DNA of 64,000 nt from Eledone cirrhosa (lineage: Eukaryota), in contig OZ024740.1 of the NCBI GenBank assembly GCA_964016885.1, positions 114,762,001-114,826,000 on the forward strand, in the 5' to 3' direction. Below the pieces are notes generated by a model, which saw only the letters and a list, made by a program, of their open reading frames with translations, was not told the DNA's origin and searched no databases. A program made the position numbers and the translations under genes. Shown here piece by piece: positions 1-14,598 of this stretch. The number at the start of each line of letters is the position of its first letter. The stretch's first letter is position 1.

Positions 1-539
1 AATTTCACTTTTAATATCGACAGAAATTAATTATAGATTACAATGATTTGTTGCCATTTTTATGCTTTTCTTTTCATATGATTTAATGTGTTTGTGCCTT
101 TTCTTACAACTATTGTGTTTTTCCCGACATTTTTTCTCTCCCTATTAATTGCGGTAATTTTTTTTGCCCCGTTATTTATTCTATTTCTTTCTCTCTCCTT
201 TGTTAGCGTGAAAAATATTTGTGCCACAAATAATTAACGGAGACTTAATGACGCTACTAAGTATTCATATATCTATTTATCAGTTATAATTGATTTCTTA
301 ATAATTATAAATGTCTCTTTTTTCTCCCCCCATCCCTATATTTATTTTGTGTGTTTCCCTTCACTTTTTTTACTTTTAATTCATCTTTTAATCTCCATTG
401 TTTTGTATAGTACTCTAATTCTTTACTGTCCTCCTGTTACGATCATGTTCTGCGTTCCTTTATTGCTAGACAATTAAGAATAGTGCTGACGAAGGATTAT
501 TTATATACATACATATATATATATGTGTGTGTATGTATG

Positions 540-585
<46 letters not shown>

Positions 586-795
586 CGTATATCTTACATG
601 ATTTTAATTACGCATCGGCGATAACAAATGTTCAAATATCATGCAGATGAGTGATGATAAATTAGGTTCTAAATGATAATTAGTTTCTAAAATCGTATTT
701 GGTTTTTACAACCAAACACTCTATCCATGAACTAGATGTTAAATTATGCCTACGCTGCAAGTCATCAACCAAACCTATTAACACGATATCAATTA

Positions 796-855
<60 letters not shown>

Positions 856-870
856 CGTGTGTGTGTGTGT

Positions 871-920
<50 letters not shown>

Positions 921-1066
921 GGTAAACAGAAATAACAACACAACCAGTACAGTATATGGAAGGAATATATTAGATTAACGCTTGAAATAGCAAGAGGAGG
1001 GTCTTAGCGTTTCGGACGCTAGTCCTTCATAAGAAAAAAGAATGAGGAATAAGATAGATTGAAGGG

Positions 1067-1134
<68 letters not shown>

Positions 1135-1149
1135 ACGCACACTCACACA

Positions 1150-1233
<84 letters not shown>

Positions 1234-1869
1234 AACATAATATATTATTCCTTTGCGAACATATGCCACGTTCGAATTTACATTACAATTCCGTTTCGAC
1301 ATTCTCTAATATAGTTCTAATGATCAGAAATCATGTAAAATAGATATATAGTGTGCAGTATTTTATTAATAACCTAGAATTAATGGCTTCTAATTTAAGC
1401 TCAATGCCAGCAATTTAAAGGAATGAGAATGTCGATCACAACGGCTCCAGCTCTTGATCTGTATTTTCTTTTATCGATGGTCAAACATTTTGGCCTCGTG
1501 CCTAAATCAGAAACCATCATTTTATAAATTCTTACCAATAGAAAGCTGGTTTCTAACATAGACACGATACTCCTTTCATTTGGATTTGGACAACATAAAC
1601 TAGGTAAATATGTAAGCACATGTATCTTATTGTAGAAATGGATCTGTATGCTTTGAGTTATATGTTTGCATGTGCATATGTTTTATATCTATACATATGT
1701 AGATATGCAGTTATTACATGCAGAATTTTGGGAATCTTTTACATATTTTTTATAGTTCAATTAATGGATTGTAATTGTAACTTCCTAACTAGTCCTGTTC
1801 TTTATGGTTCTGTGAAACTTAGCTTCACAAGATTTGTACTGAGACAGTTACTAACATATCCTAGAGCGC

Positions 1870-3130
1870 CAGTGATCACAGGTATAAATCTGAAATCATA
1901 GTCAGGTTGGCATATTTGCATAGATGTTCTCCTTTCCGCTAATTTTTAATATTATATTGACATCTAATGTGTAGCTGACATTGACTACTCTCCTGCGTTC
2001 TTTTCCCCCTATCCCATATCACTATACCAGGTCTATCATGCTTGCATTTTGTTGGGCTTTTCAGTGAAACATTCCACCAGTACTCAGTCATATTATGTAT
2101 ATGCCTTCCACATTGCTGTAACTGAATATCTTTACTGTTGGGGCTATCTTCTCCACAGATTTCATTCATTAGTGTCTGGGCTACTACATAATGCCTCATA
2201 GGGAGATAGTATAGTGATGACATCTTTGGACAGCTGATAATGACATATGTGACATATTCAATATTAATTCTACATAGCCTGCATTTGTTTTCACATCTAC
2301 GTGTTTTGCCTACACCCCTGCCTCTTTTGTGAATCAGGAATTTTGTATTGATTTCCTGTTCTTGGACTACAAAAGCATACCCGTCAAAGTGAGAACCAAT
2401 ATTGCTGTTGTTGGTCCAAAATAGATTACTTTGCTTATTTATATTACGCTTTTTGCTGGGCAATTTCTTGTAGGCGAGAGTATTTGTTATGATCATGCAG
2501 CAGGGAGCATTTCTCAAAGAGGTCCTTCCCAACTCTTATGACCTTATCTGCCTTATGTAGACAGACTTGCTCAATATATGGGCACCTAAGCTTGATGTTT
2601 TGTAGATGGTGTCGGTGAGAAACGAGACACTCAAATTTTGTCTGGACTGATGTTAAACCTCTGTTTCCCTGTTTACGCTTCAGGGAGAAGTGGTCTATGC
2701 CTCTCTTTTGATGTGGACATTTCCAATTTATCTTCTTTGCATAGAGTTTCAGGTCATCCACAACGACGTTATGGGTTAGGTGTGTATTCTTGTCCACACG
2801 TGAGCCAATTATTTATCCTTCATATTTCTTAAGCAGGAAAGAAAGAGGGATTAATGACAGTATAAATAGTAACAGAGAGTGACATGGCAGAACCTAATGT
2901 ATAAAATATATACAGTCTGCCTAAGTGACCTCCCTTTTCACTTACACTATCTAAAGTGCTTGCTATTCATAGATAATTTCGGGGTAACCTATATTTAGAA
3001 CTCTCCTGTAATTTCTAAAATCTCCATGGCGGAAAGCCATTTTTCTTTTTATGACAGGCTGAATGAGTTGGGTTAATCAACCCAACAAAGCCTAAGTACC
3101 TGTACATCTTACTGTTGTAACTAATTATAT
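1870..3130 (-). mobile_element. Decayed R4/Dong-like (restriction-like endonuclease) non-LTR retrotransposon fragment
   Basis: Fragmented minus-strand frames give VDDLKLYAK (RT DD motif), YRYLG near 3096, KCRLC...SC...RHYVVAQ (CCHC/RHD remnant) and WWN...HDRPGIVIWD (RLE PD..D motif); stops and frameshifts present; ends approximate. Confidence 0.7.
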
Positions 3131-3478
3131 TCAACTCGTCCTATGGACTGAGTGCTTTAAACTCTTGATATTTATACCAAATTTGTACTGCACTATATAT
3201 ATATACATACACATATATATATAGATATATTGATTTTATATATAGATATTTCCATCCACACTTACATGCACACGTACACACAAACCTACCAATAAACACA
3301 CACACATATATTCATACACACTCATACAAATCGTATCAATCATTTATGTAACCGACATTCGGGACACTTCAAAGCGTTCCTGATTTCAATCGCAGTGACC
3401 TCTTGCATGAAGTCGTGAAGCATCCACATTCATTAATAGACACAGATAGGCAGGCAAATGCATACGTACATATATACA

Positions 3479-3528
<50 letters not shown>

Positions 3529-5912
3529 TACACATATACATACTTAGATGCAGACAAATATTCATTCATATATATATATACATAAATCCATGCATGCATA
3601 CATACTTTCGACTGCGCGCACATACATACACGCACACACATTCACATACGCATATAGATACATTAAAACACATATGTACGTATCTACACCACCCTCTGAC
3701 ACATTACACCACACTGCATGTATGCATAAATAATGTTAAGCTGCCATAAATATATTTCTGTTACAATAAAGTCTTGTCAAAATTATTTACCGCAATAGAT
3801 TCCTTGAAGCTTTATTTATATTCCCATTTCTTTGGTTCTGCTATTCTATTTGGAAATTCCTACAGAATAAGATATATATGATATATGAAAAATAATTCCC
3901 AGACGTAACTAAAATATGAGGAAAACCTTTTGAAGATTTTGCTAATCAGGAAATGGTTCATTTCGTGTGTATATATCGATATGGTCTATTATAAGTGGAG
4001 AGATCATAAGTGAGAAAGAGAAAAAGAGAGAAAATCACATTGAGTTTTGAGAGAGAGACAGAAAGAGAGAATTTTAGTGAATGAATCTCTGTACGTATGA
4101 GTAAATATGTGTATGTTTGGTTTTGTGGTTTTGTGGTTTTGTGTGTGTGTGTGTGTGTGCGTGAGAGTGTGTGTGTGTGTGTATGTGTGTGTGTGTGTGT
4201 TTATTAATATGTGTATGCAAGTGTTTGGACGTATGATCCTTGCTTGTGTGGATGTATAACAAAGAGAAGGTAATTTGTCAAATTAGGGCATATAACTGTC
4301 TACAATGATACATACCGGCATACACATATACATGTTTAAACCCACACACACACATTTATGTGTTTGCGTATTTGCGTACGTATACTAAACAGTCGTGTTT
4401 ATATTTACGTGAATGCCTATATATATATGAATGTATGTGTTTGTGTGTTTGTGTTTGTGCATATATACATGCATGTATATGTGTGTGTGCGCGCGTGTAA
4501 GCGTGCGTGTGTGTGTGTGTGTGTGTGTGTGTCTGTCTGTGTGCGTGTGTGTAAATTTATTCGTGAAGGTAGCAGTCAGTGTTCATAAGCGAAAATAACT
4601 TTTGAATCGTCCGAAGGAAGTTAACGATACATTACATTCCATATTTTAGTTTGCTATAAATGTAACTAAGTGTTCCTTCTGATGTTCTTTGATCTCTGAT
4701 GCCTCAGTCAAATATAACCTATAATTCTATATATGAATAGACATCGTTTGTATGCGGCGGGTATATTTTTTTCTTCTTCATTCATGTTATTCTTACATCT
4801 GAAGCAAGCAAGTGCGGATTTATATATAGATTTATATACAAATCCAGCTCGAATTTTCTGCTTTTTGTTTTCATATATTGAAATTACTTACTTTCATTTA
4901 TTGATATTACTTTTTGTTGGGCATTTGTCTAACTCTTAACAGCCACATGAAACTTACTTAACAACATAGCTTGAAACGTACAAATAAGCATATGAACCTC
5001 TTTATTCTAATACTTCAAATGTTCACACTGATCTGTGTACTAGTAAAGGTACTATAAACATATAAATAAACAAAACCATTTTTATGTATTTTCTGCTTTA
5101 TTATTACAAAATGTTAAGAGATAAGTGTAAGAAGTCAAACATCTATTACAGCATGAATTTTACGGATTTTAGATTATTTGAACTGGACCACAAGGTCTCT
5201 TGAATATAATATTTACCATAATATATAGCGGGGTCGAAAATATCGATCTCCTCTCAGTGGGCCTTGGAAACTCATCACAGCTCCCTGATCTTGATCGGTT
5301 GAACCGATACCGTCTCATGTTCAAGAAGAAGCATATAATGTCCAAATCAACAATGATACGAAAGTTAACATATTTGTATTTCTGTCAGTGGTGTTAGAAT
5401 GTTAGTGTTAGAATGAGTGAACATTTCTTTTGTTTACTTTCAGATCAGATATACCTCACTCCACGGTTCTAGTTCGTAAAATCCTGGCCTTAATTTATTG
5501 TAAAATATGAAAACTACCCCCTTCATGTTGATTCTCATCAACAACTTGTTGTATTCATGGTTAAATAGTAGAGGTGGAATATATTGAGCAAAGAGGGAAA
5601 TATATATTTGTTCCACAGTATGCTATATGTATCTTTAAATCAAACTAATGCTAAAAGGATATTTTAAAACGTTTATTAGTTACATTACGTTTCTTTATTT
5701 TACTCGTTGCAGCAACAAAATTGTGGCTACGCTGGGACACAACCTTAGAGGTAGTTAGCCAATTCTATCGACCCCAGCACTGATGTTATCGATATTTTTC
5801 TGTATTCGTTAAGTTATAAAAATTAAACACGTAGATTCAAACAAATACGGACACATGCAAACACAGTACACACACACCGCAAACACACGCGCACACGCAC
5901 ACGCACACACAA

Positions 5913-5976
<64 letters not shown>

Positions 5977-6057
5977 CCATATATATATATTTTTTTATTA
6001 AGGCTAAATAGTGAGATTTGTTATTCTGGTGTTTTGCCTCGCCTGTTTATATATATA

Positions 6058-6114
<57 letters not shown>

Positions 6115-6117
<3 letters not shown>

Positions 6118-6312
6118 AAAAAGTATGACCCCGATGACAGAGCTCAACCCCTTTCGACGGCTATTTCTAGAGTCCAGAAATAGCCGTCGAAACGGCTCGA
6201 GCTTTGCCGTCGGGGTCTTGAACATTTTCCTATTACCCACTCTACTACACTACGTATTGAGTACTCTGGTGAGTTATGGTCCAACTGGTTCCTTACCACA
6301 CTTCCTCCGTTA
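6115..6312. mobile_element. Fold-back (Penelope-like terminal-repeat-derived) short element in (TA)n
   Basis: Imperfect hairpin 6115-6231 followed by an ~80 nt unpaired tail; homologous to 20066-20185 and 58765-58968. Confidence 0.6.
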
Positions 6313-6361
6313 TAAAAACATATATATATATATTTATATATATATATATATATATATATAA

Positions 6362-6860
6362 ATATGATGGCTGCAAACTCTGCGAAGAGTATTGCAATCG
6401 CTTGTCTGATTATACAGTTTAGTGCACTTTTAGATTACGGCCAGCCACACGAGCCTGTAACATATCCTGTACATGCAATGCTTGTGCTTTGAAGATTTTT
6501 AAGTGTGGAAAGGCCTGGCGCTCGTCCAATCTCACCCTCTGAGCATCGAAAACACTACTCAAAAATGAGGACTGGTCAACATCATTGGATGATTTCGAAG
6601 CTGCAGGGTTTTTTTTTTTCAGAGTTTTCCTCTCCTAGAAAGGTGTTGTGACAACAACTGGGGACCTTATACTCCCAGGTAAAAAACCCCACTACTATTT
6701 GTATGGCCGTTTACTCTGCTGAGTTCCTCCAACCTTTGCCGGGTCTTTTATTTCATCCCGCAGGGTGTCCAAATATCACCCCCCTCAACAACCAAACTTG
6801 GTAGGGTTGCCGCTTTAGACGCCGAGGACCCGATCCTGAGACAGGTTGTACTGGGTTACA
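6362..6860 (-). mobile_element. Diverged interspersed repeat, probably the 5' region of an RTE-type LINE
   Basis: Reverse complement shares cccagtacNacctgtctca, ggcaacccNaccaag, ttctaggaga..gaaaactctga and atccaatgatgttgac with 15134-15415; family assignment is inference. Confidence 0.4.
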
Positions 6861-6862
6861 TT

Positions 6863-6959
<97 letters not shown>

Positions 6960-7769
6960 CCAAGGGATTCTTCAATTTCGGTCTCCAAAAATTTCTCTCA
7001 CGTCACAGAGGCCAACCGAACCCCATAGTAAAAGTCTAATCCCCAAGGTGCCGTTAAATATAGGTGAACCCGAAAACAGCGAATATCCTACACACATAAC
7101 TATGCCCACGCTTGGTTGTTTATTTATATTTATATTTTTATTTCTTTGGTCTGTAGATGACTTTCTCATATTGCTTTTTCCCAAATGGAAAACCCTCGAA
7201 GTATATCAAACTATTTTGATATCGTATATCAAACTATCTTGATATCATATATCAGTAATTTTGATACGGAGGCGATCCGATTTTATATTTATTTAAGTAT
7301 TTGTATATTTATTTATTTATTGATGTATTTCCAGCATACTCAAGTGTAAAGCTGAAGCTATTTTATGGATATGAGTGTGCCTTCTTAGCCGCTGAGGGTT
7401 ATCGCTTTCATTGTTTTTGTTTATAGAAATGTGTCGGTGCTGCTTCAATGATTTTTACTTTGATATTCATCATTTCTTATTTTGTCAGTGTCAGAGTTAG
7501 ATTATTGGGGTTCAATAGTAATATTCAAAAATTCCCTCAAGAATATTTACTTGTCAATGAGCTAGTAATTGTATTATATGAATATCCAAGATGAACATGA
7601 ATTTTGTCATTTTTCAATAGTTTTTTGTATAGAAATTCATTTTTCTTCCCCTGGCTGCGTTGTCCGAAATTATTAGACCGATCTCCTTTTCGCAAGCGAG
7701 TCTGAATTTACTCCTAATCAGTTTTAAAAAGATACATTTCCAATATTGCTTTTTGGATTTCCTTATTAT

Positions 7770-7922
7770 ACATAATCTTATGATCAAACTTATATATCGA
7801 TATCGGAATGGTGACAAGCAAAGTTTACCTCGAAGGGATTTGAACTGTAAGCGCTGACAGCCGGAACGAATTGCACCAAACATTCTATCTAACGTCCGTA
7901 TGACTCTCTCAATCCACCGGTT
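7770..7922 (-). mobile_element. Old diverged copy of the tRNA-derived SINE
   Basis: ggtggattg head and gttcaaatccc..gaggtaaactttgc (B-box plus central domain) match the younger copies. Confidence 0.55.
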
Positions 7923-8715
7923 GAGGGAAAAGATAGCTAATTTCAGTGCTGTATAAAAGGTTGATTGTATAGATGGGTAGAAGACATAAGTTCTAAGATA
8001 TACTTATCTGTTTATTTCATCATTAGGTGGTTGCATGATGAACTTGGTAGCATTAATTAGTGTGAATATTTCAATTGTATTCAGACATATACCACCATTT
8101 CCTTGGTCAATATACCTTAAATATCATTATATACATAATAGGCTAAGCTAAGATAATTTCCAAAATACTGAAGTCAGTTTCTCAGAATATATTCTGTGTA
8201 TTTCTCACTGAAAAATCAGTTCCAATGGATATCAATAGATGGCTCATAAAATTATGTTTCTCTGTTTGACTAGAATAACTAACAACTGTCATACAGTATT
8301 GAAATGAAGGGAGAGCACACAAGCAGCGACGTATTTCGGGAAATACATAACCACCCAAGTGATCGACGGATCCGATCTATATTTGGTGCGAACTCTGGCG
8401 TCTCGCATTTCTGATATGAGATATCTATGCATTACCTCAATTAAAATAACTCGTTGTATGTTGGTTAAATTGTAAATAATTTATTGTAGATTTCATGGTC
8501 TTTCCAAAGAATTTAGAACCCGGCATCCGTATGCCTCATGCATAATCTAGTTAGATTTGTAATCAGTTATATTGTAAATATAATACCTGAGAATATGGAG
8601 AAATTTATCAGCTAAATAGTGATAAAGAAATGTCTGACTTTAAGGTGGAGGCACTAGCATTTATTTGACACGCAGCTTTTGCTAGGTTATGGATACGATA
8701 ACCAAAGATGGTGTT

Positions 8716-9338
8716 CATTCATTCATCATTCATTATATCCCCCTCGTTCGCTATGTTGTATAGACCATTGACGACCCTCCGCCCTCTTATACGATCCTGG
8801 GCTGCTCTTGCAACACCACTCCAATTGGTTTCCAGTATTCTTAATTCAGCCTCAGTGTCACGCCTCCAACTGCCATGAGACCCGCTTCTCTTCCTCTTAC
8901 CCTACAAGTTCCTAGTCAGGGTGTGGTGTGTGGTGTTGAATGCTGATTTCTTGAGAGTATGTCCAACCCAGCTCCACTTCCTCCGCAGAATCTGCTTTGC
9001 CACTAGTTCCTGTCCTGCTCGCTCCCACGGATCTTCGTTTCTGATTTTCTCCGGCCATTTGATGTTGTAGATACGCCTCAGACAGGTGTTGAAGAATGCC
9101 TGGATGTTCTGATGCATCTTCTTTTTTGTCCTCCATGTTTCACATCCGTACAGGAGTACCACCTACACGTTGGAGTTGAAGCTGCGAAGTTTAGTTCTTG
9201 AGCAAATATCTTTGGTTGCCCAGGCGTTCTTTAGCATGATGAAAGTTCTCATGCCTTGGTCTTGCCAGTCCTGGCTGTGAAGTCTGGGTCGGCTCCCTCA
9301 CGTCGCCCTACCACACTACCCAGGTAGACGAATGACAA
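8716..9338 (-). mobile_element. 3' fragment of an RTE-clade LINE
   Basis: VLLYGCETW...FFNTCLRRIYNIKWPEKIRNED...RRKWSWVGHTL is the typical RTE C-terminal region; FVYLGS upstream; short (GAAT)n tail near 8716-8735. Confidence 0.8.
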
Positions 9339-9659
9339 ATAACACATGATGTTACCAATAATGAATATCAAAACAAGGTGCTTGAAGCGGCTGCAATCCA
9401 GGTTTCTATAGTATCTCGGCTACATTTTTTCGACGTCTATAAAATAAAAATAAAGTGTGGGTTGATGTAGCTAGAGATAACTTATGTTTAAAAATGACGG
9501 ATGGTTACATCTAGTATTCATTTGACAAACGTTTTCTCCATCACGACTAACAACAACAACTTCACACAATAAATAAATTAAAAATATATAATAATGGATA
9601 AAATAAAATAAAGAAAAGGCAAAATAATAGGTCATGAACGGAATTCTCAATAGTTTATA

Positions 9660-10062
9660 ATCCTGCCTATTAATCCGTATGGGGAGCAAATGGGGTCCGA
9701 CGTGCTGGCCTCCCCACAGCCCCGGCGGACAGGATGGAGAAGGTGTTTCCAGGGAGGATGGTGAGGGAGATGCGCTGGAAGGCCATTCCAACTCGCGAGG
9801 CTCACACCTGCGGCTGGTCAGCTCAGCACCTATGGTGGTAAATAGGGAGGTAGCCCTAATGCCAAGGAAACCAGAAGTCTCCACAGCCAAGGGCACGACC
9901 ACGAACCTGTCGGAGAGCTACCGGTACTTGGAGAGTTTGGCCTCCTCAACCCGACGTGCAGCAGTACCTGGGTTAGTCTTAGTGTCGCTGCAAGTGGCAT
10001 CCCAGACGAGGTGTTTGCCACCGTGGAACGGGAAGATGGTCATACCGTCTTGTGGCTCTATC
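9660..10062 (-). mobile_element. 3' fragment of a CRE-like RLE non-LTR retrotransposon
   Basis: PQDGMTIFPFHGGKHLVWDATCSDT...AARRVEEAKLSKY...VVPLAVETSGFLG matches the PD..D..K RLE region seen in CRE-type elements; in-frame stop present. Confidence 0.7.
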
Positions 10063-10157
10063 AGTTCGTCTGTGTGCATATATTCATACAAATATAGTCG
10101 TCGCTCGAAATCGTGTGTAACTTGGTTGTATATATACCTTGCTCTCTCTCTCTCTCT

Positions 10158-10219
<62 letters not shown>

Positions 10220-10243
10220 CACGCACACACACACCCACACCCA

Positions 10244-10310
10244 TTTACCACTGGTGAACACATCAGAGTATGTATATAATACATACTCTGATGTGTTGAC
10301 CAGTGGTAAA
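10244..10310. repeat. Near-perfect hairpin with a degenerate hammerhead-like core
   Basis: tttaccactggtgaacacatcagagtatgtat / atacatactctgatgtgttgaccagtggtaaa; contains ctgatg followed by a gttgacc-agt-ggtaaac stem. Confidence 0.6.
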
Positions 10311-11564
10311 CAAGCAATGGAGATCGATTGACGCAACCTCAATCGATTAGCGAACTCTAGACGCACCTGATCAACGAAACAATTGTCAGTACTTTAAATA
10401 AAGCCCTCATTGTACAGCCAACCATGTTACTCTTCTTTCTTTAAGAATTTTTACTCCAACTATAACCTGCATATAAATTACCGGGATCACGCTGCATAAC
10501 CATGGAAACATCTTGTTGAGTCAAACAAAGCCGTACGTTAAAACTATCCACGACGCGGAGTACTCATAACCTCTAACTGGATTACCTATAACGATAACTT
10601 GTTATCCCATATATATATATATATGCTAAGGCTTAGAATTAGTCAAGTAGTTGTCGGTTTTAGACAACACAGTATCTGGTTCATATGTACACCGTGTTTA
10701 ATTAACATTAATGGCAGGTATTATTATTGAAAAATTTGATATGGCACAACAGTATTTATTGTCTACTTGTAATTGTGTGTATAGATTATCCTATTATTTA
10801 ATAAAATAGTATTCATTATCTTGATAGTATAACTGGATGCTTATGTATATCATAAATATTATCTCACACACCCTACCAAATCCATCATCCATACTTTGAT
10901 ATCTATAGCTACATACAAAGACACAACACATTTTAACACACAAAGCACGCTTATATTTATCTATATTTGCCTATATATATATATATATATAAAGAGAGAG
11001 AGAGAGGGCGAAAGAGAAAGAGAGAAAGAGTGATGGTTAAAGACAGAGAGGGAGAGAGAGGGAAAAAGAGAGAGTGGGAGTGAGAGAGGTATATTACCAG
11101 TTGAGTCATACGTATTGAGTCATCCTTATTGGGAAATCAAACTTTCTCCATAATATGGTAAATATTTACTAAGTATATGCACACGCTGGCAGAAGTGTAG
11201 AAAGAGAGAAGATTCTGAACTACTGAATCCTTAAGTAGCTAACGAAGTGATATGACTTGTGGTGTTTAAACTATATTATGTGTGTTATTGAGTTGGACCT
11301 CTGTCAATTCCAAAGACGAGGGTTCCAGATGTTTGATCAGCTTTCTCGAGAAATCACTCAGCACTTATTTTATCTGATAACTGTGTTCCATTTATAGATT
11401 AAAGAAAGAAGTACAAATAATTCCTTATGTTTATAATTATCTATATTTCTACGGTATGATATACTAAAATTTATAATCACCTCGTTTGAATAAATTTTCG
11501 AAAATATGTGCAAATTACGCCAAAATATTTTACTTGTTCTTAAAGGGCCGTGATTCAAAATAAT

Positions 11565-11751
11565 TGTTTCTACTTTTGGCATAAGACCAGCAATTACCCC
11601 AGTGCATTACTGGTGCTTTATTTTATCGACCCCGTAAGGATGAAAGACAAAGTTAATCTCGGCGAGATTTGAACTCAGACCGCAAAGGGCCGTGACTCTA
11701 TACTGCAAAGCTTGGTGTCCAACTCTCTACCGATACTGCCAATCCACCACC
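11565..11751 (-). mobile_element. tRNA-derived SINE with target-site duplication
   Basis: A-box/B-box-like head (tggcagtatcgg...gagttcaaatc), central ctttcatccttacggggtcgataaaataaag motif, tail ...aaagtagaaaca; gtgattcaaaataat duplicated at 11550-11564 and 11752-11766. Confidence 0.9.
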
Positions 11752-11972
11752 GTGATTCAAAATAATATTGGAAACACTGCGTTGACAACTCATCATGACC
11801 ATAAATAATCTATTGAGGCGACAAATCGACAGAATTTAATCCAGCCGAAGTCAACTTGATAAAAGAAAGTATCAGTCAAACGGGCGATTAATTGGCGGGA
11901 ACGTTAGAGTTTTCGAACCTGTGCGTTTTGATTCTCATGTGCCTACACTAATGCAAAACATATCAGGCTTAC

Positions 11973-12113
11973 CTTTAACATTGAACGATACTGGTGGTGT
12001 GCAGAAAGGATAAATGTGTGCATAACTGCCTGTTGATCTTGTACAAACCTCCACTCTTAGGCTTGCACCATATTGAGGAACTTTTCCAAGTATAAGCATA
12101 ATGTCAATCATAA
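11973..12113 (-). CDS. Candidate internal coding exon of an unidentified host gene (phase 1-1)
   Basis: Acceptor ctttcag|, donor AAAG|GTAAG, 141 nt, open frame MIDIMLILGKVPQYGASLRVEVCTRSTGSYAHIYPFCTPPVSFNVK in non-repetitive sequence. Confidence 0.5.
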
Positions 12114-12246
12114 CTGAAAGACTCCTTTAAACACCTGCAACGAAATTTTCGATGTATACCGTGGCTTTGTGATTAGGATATTCGGTAACCATCATCATAA
12201 GGTCATGTTTTTTTATCGTTATTCCAATCCACACACGTGCACAAAC

Positions 12247-12322
<76 letters not shown>

Positions 12323-12427
12323 AGAGAGAGAGAGAGATGGGATGGGAATACCTGAATTATAACATACAACTACATGATCTAAAAAGAGAAATCTTTATGA
12401 CACATTGTAAAATATAATAGTAATAAT

Positions 12428-12814
12428 TGTTTCTACTTTTGACACAAGTCCAGCGAATACCCAGTACATTACTCTATTTAATCGATCCGACCCCGTAAGG
12501 ATGAAAGGCAAAGTGAACCTCGGCTGGATTTGAACACAGACCGTAAAGGGACGTACTATGCTGGAAAGCATGGCGTCCAACTCTCTACCGATAGTAATAA
12601 TGATTTCTGGTATAGACACAAGGCCAGTAATTTGGGGGAGGGGAAAGTGGATTAAAACGGCCCCAGTGCGTGACTGGTACTTTATTTTATCGATCCCATA
12701 AGGATGAAAGGCAAAGTTAACCTCGGCGGGATTTGAACTCAGATCATAAAGGGGCGTAACTCTATGCTGCAAAGCATGACGTCTGACCCTGTACCGATAC
12801 TGCCAAACCACCAC
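12428..12814 (-). mobile_element. Two tandem copies of the tRNA-derived SINE joined by (ATT)n
   Basis: Two sets of B-box/central domain/tail motifs (about 12428-12592 and 12602-12814) separated by aataat. Confidence 0.85.
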
Positions 12815-13296
12815 TCTTATATATATAATAGTAATAATAACTGATCGAAGAAAGATGGTAGATTCCCAGTCAGACAAGGAAATAGTGGAATAGGGACCAC
12901 ATAAAAATACAAATAATAAATCTTCACGTGATGTTTGCAACAAAACAATCTCACCTAAAATAAAGTAGGAGAAACAACTAGAAAATATCGTTATATCAAT
13001 ATCTTGACAAATCTATCAATCTTACTAAACTGATAAACTCGAAATATTATTTCACAAGTATATACCTGCTAGCTGAAAATCATTTATTCCTTTCATCGTG
13101 TTGTATTTACTTCAAATCCGCCATCTATGACCGATGGCAAGTTCATAGGGACAGGAAACATTAATTTTCATTATGTACTATTCATTTTTACATTAAAATC
13201 CTTTGAAGTAACACTATTATAGAGAGTTTATATATATATATATATATATACATATGTATATGTATATATATATATTACATATATATATGTAAATAA

Positions 13297-13365
<69 letters not shown>

Positions 13366-13368
13366 TAT

Positions 13369-13466
<98 letters not shown>

Positions 13467-13849
13467 GTATAATAAAATTAATACAAATAACCTTGTTTTT
13501 AACCATCAAAGATGTTATTCTATAATTGTGTTTTTGATAATGAAAACGAAATAATAGTATAAAGAAAAGGTAATTAGGAATACCAATATAGATTTTGTCT
13601 AACAGATAAATATGTATAGTTGAAAGGGGAAAACATACCGAAAGATGATAATTTGGAATAATAAAATCGCAATAACCGCTTCTATGATATTAGTTGATAA
13701 GGATTAAGCTGAAACTGCAGATAGTGGAGACAAAAATGTGAAATTTTTCAAAAAATAATAAAACGGAAATAGTTTTTTTTTAACATATGAGTAAATGAAA
13801 AACAATAAAAAAGAAAATTGGTTGATAAAAGGGCCTAGCCTGTCCCTTT

Positions 13850-14078
13850 AAATTAACGTGAAAAATGCTGTACATTCCAATGAGAGATAAGTCTCAGGGA
13901 GATTCAGCGTAAACGAGTGTGTTTAGCAATGCAGAACTTTTGAATTAGCGGTACCACTCATTTTTCCGTAATGAGTGAACTTGAACAAAATTAGGCAAAG
14001 TGGCTTCTAAACAGGAGTCGAACTTTCTAACTTAACGTAGGGGCCGAACAACCTAACCACTGAACCAGGCACCTTCAC
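13850..14078 (-). mobile_element. Diverged tRNA-derived SINE (second family)
   Basis: Reverse complement begins ggtgcctggttcagtggttagg...agttcgactcc (A/B boxes). Confidence 0.5.
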
Positions 14079-14187
14079 ACAAACACAGGAACACTTGCAC
14101 GCACGCATATTTAGATGTCCAATTTATGTCAGGGTATAACCACATTTAAAAAGGAAGTATATAGGCATCATTATTATGGTGGATTAT

Positions 14188-14438
14188 AATAAAGTACCAG
14201 TGATGCACTGGATTATTGCTGGCCTTGTGTCTAAAATAGAAACAATTATTATGGTGGATTGGCAGTATCGGTAGAGGGTCGGACGCCATACTTTCCAGCA
14301 TAGTTACGTCCCTCTGCGGTCTGAGTTCAAATCCCGCCGAGGTTAACTTTGCCTTTCATCCTTACAGGGTCGTTAAAATAAAGTACCAGTAATGTACTGG
14401 GTGATTGATGGCCTTGTGCCAAAGGTAGAAACAATTAT
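14188..14438 (+). mobile_element. SINE 3' fragment followed by a full-length SINE
   Basis: aataaagtaccag...tagaaacaattattat, then ggtggattggcagtatcggtagagggtcgg...gagttcaaatccc...tagaaacaattatta. Confidence 0.85.
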
Positions 14439-14478
14439 TATATATATACGTTATATACATTATATACATACATATATA

Positions 14479-14598
<120 letters not shown>

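Noticed and set aside
680-1343. ORFs rich in YIYI/HTHT/CVCV (here and throughout the window)
   Set aside because: They are translations of (TA)n and (CA)n microsatellites, not genes.
8006-8116. Further minus-strand exon (YIDQGNGGICLNTIEIF...)
   Set aside because: Weak acceptor and no canonical donor (AG|ATAAGT); insufficient support.
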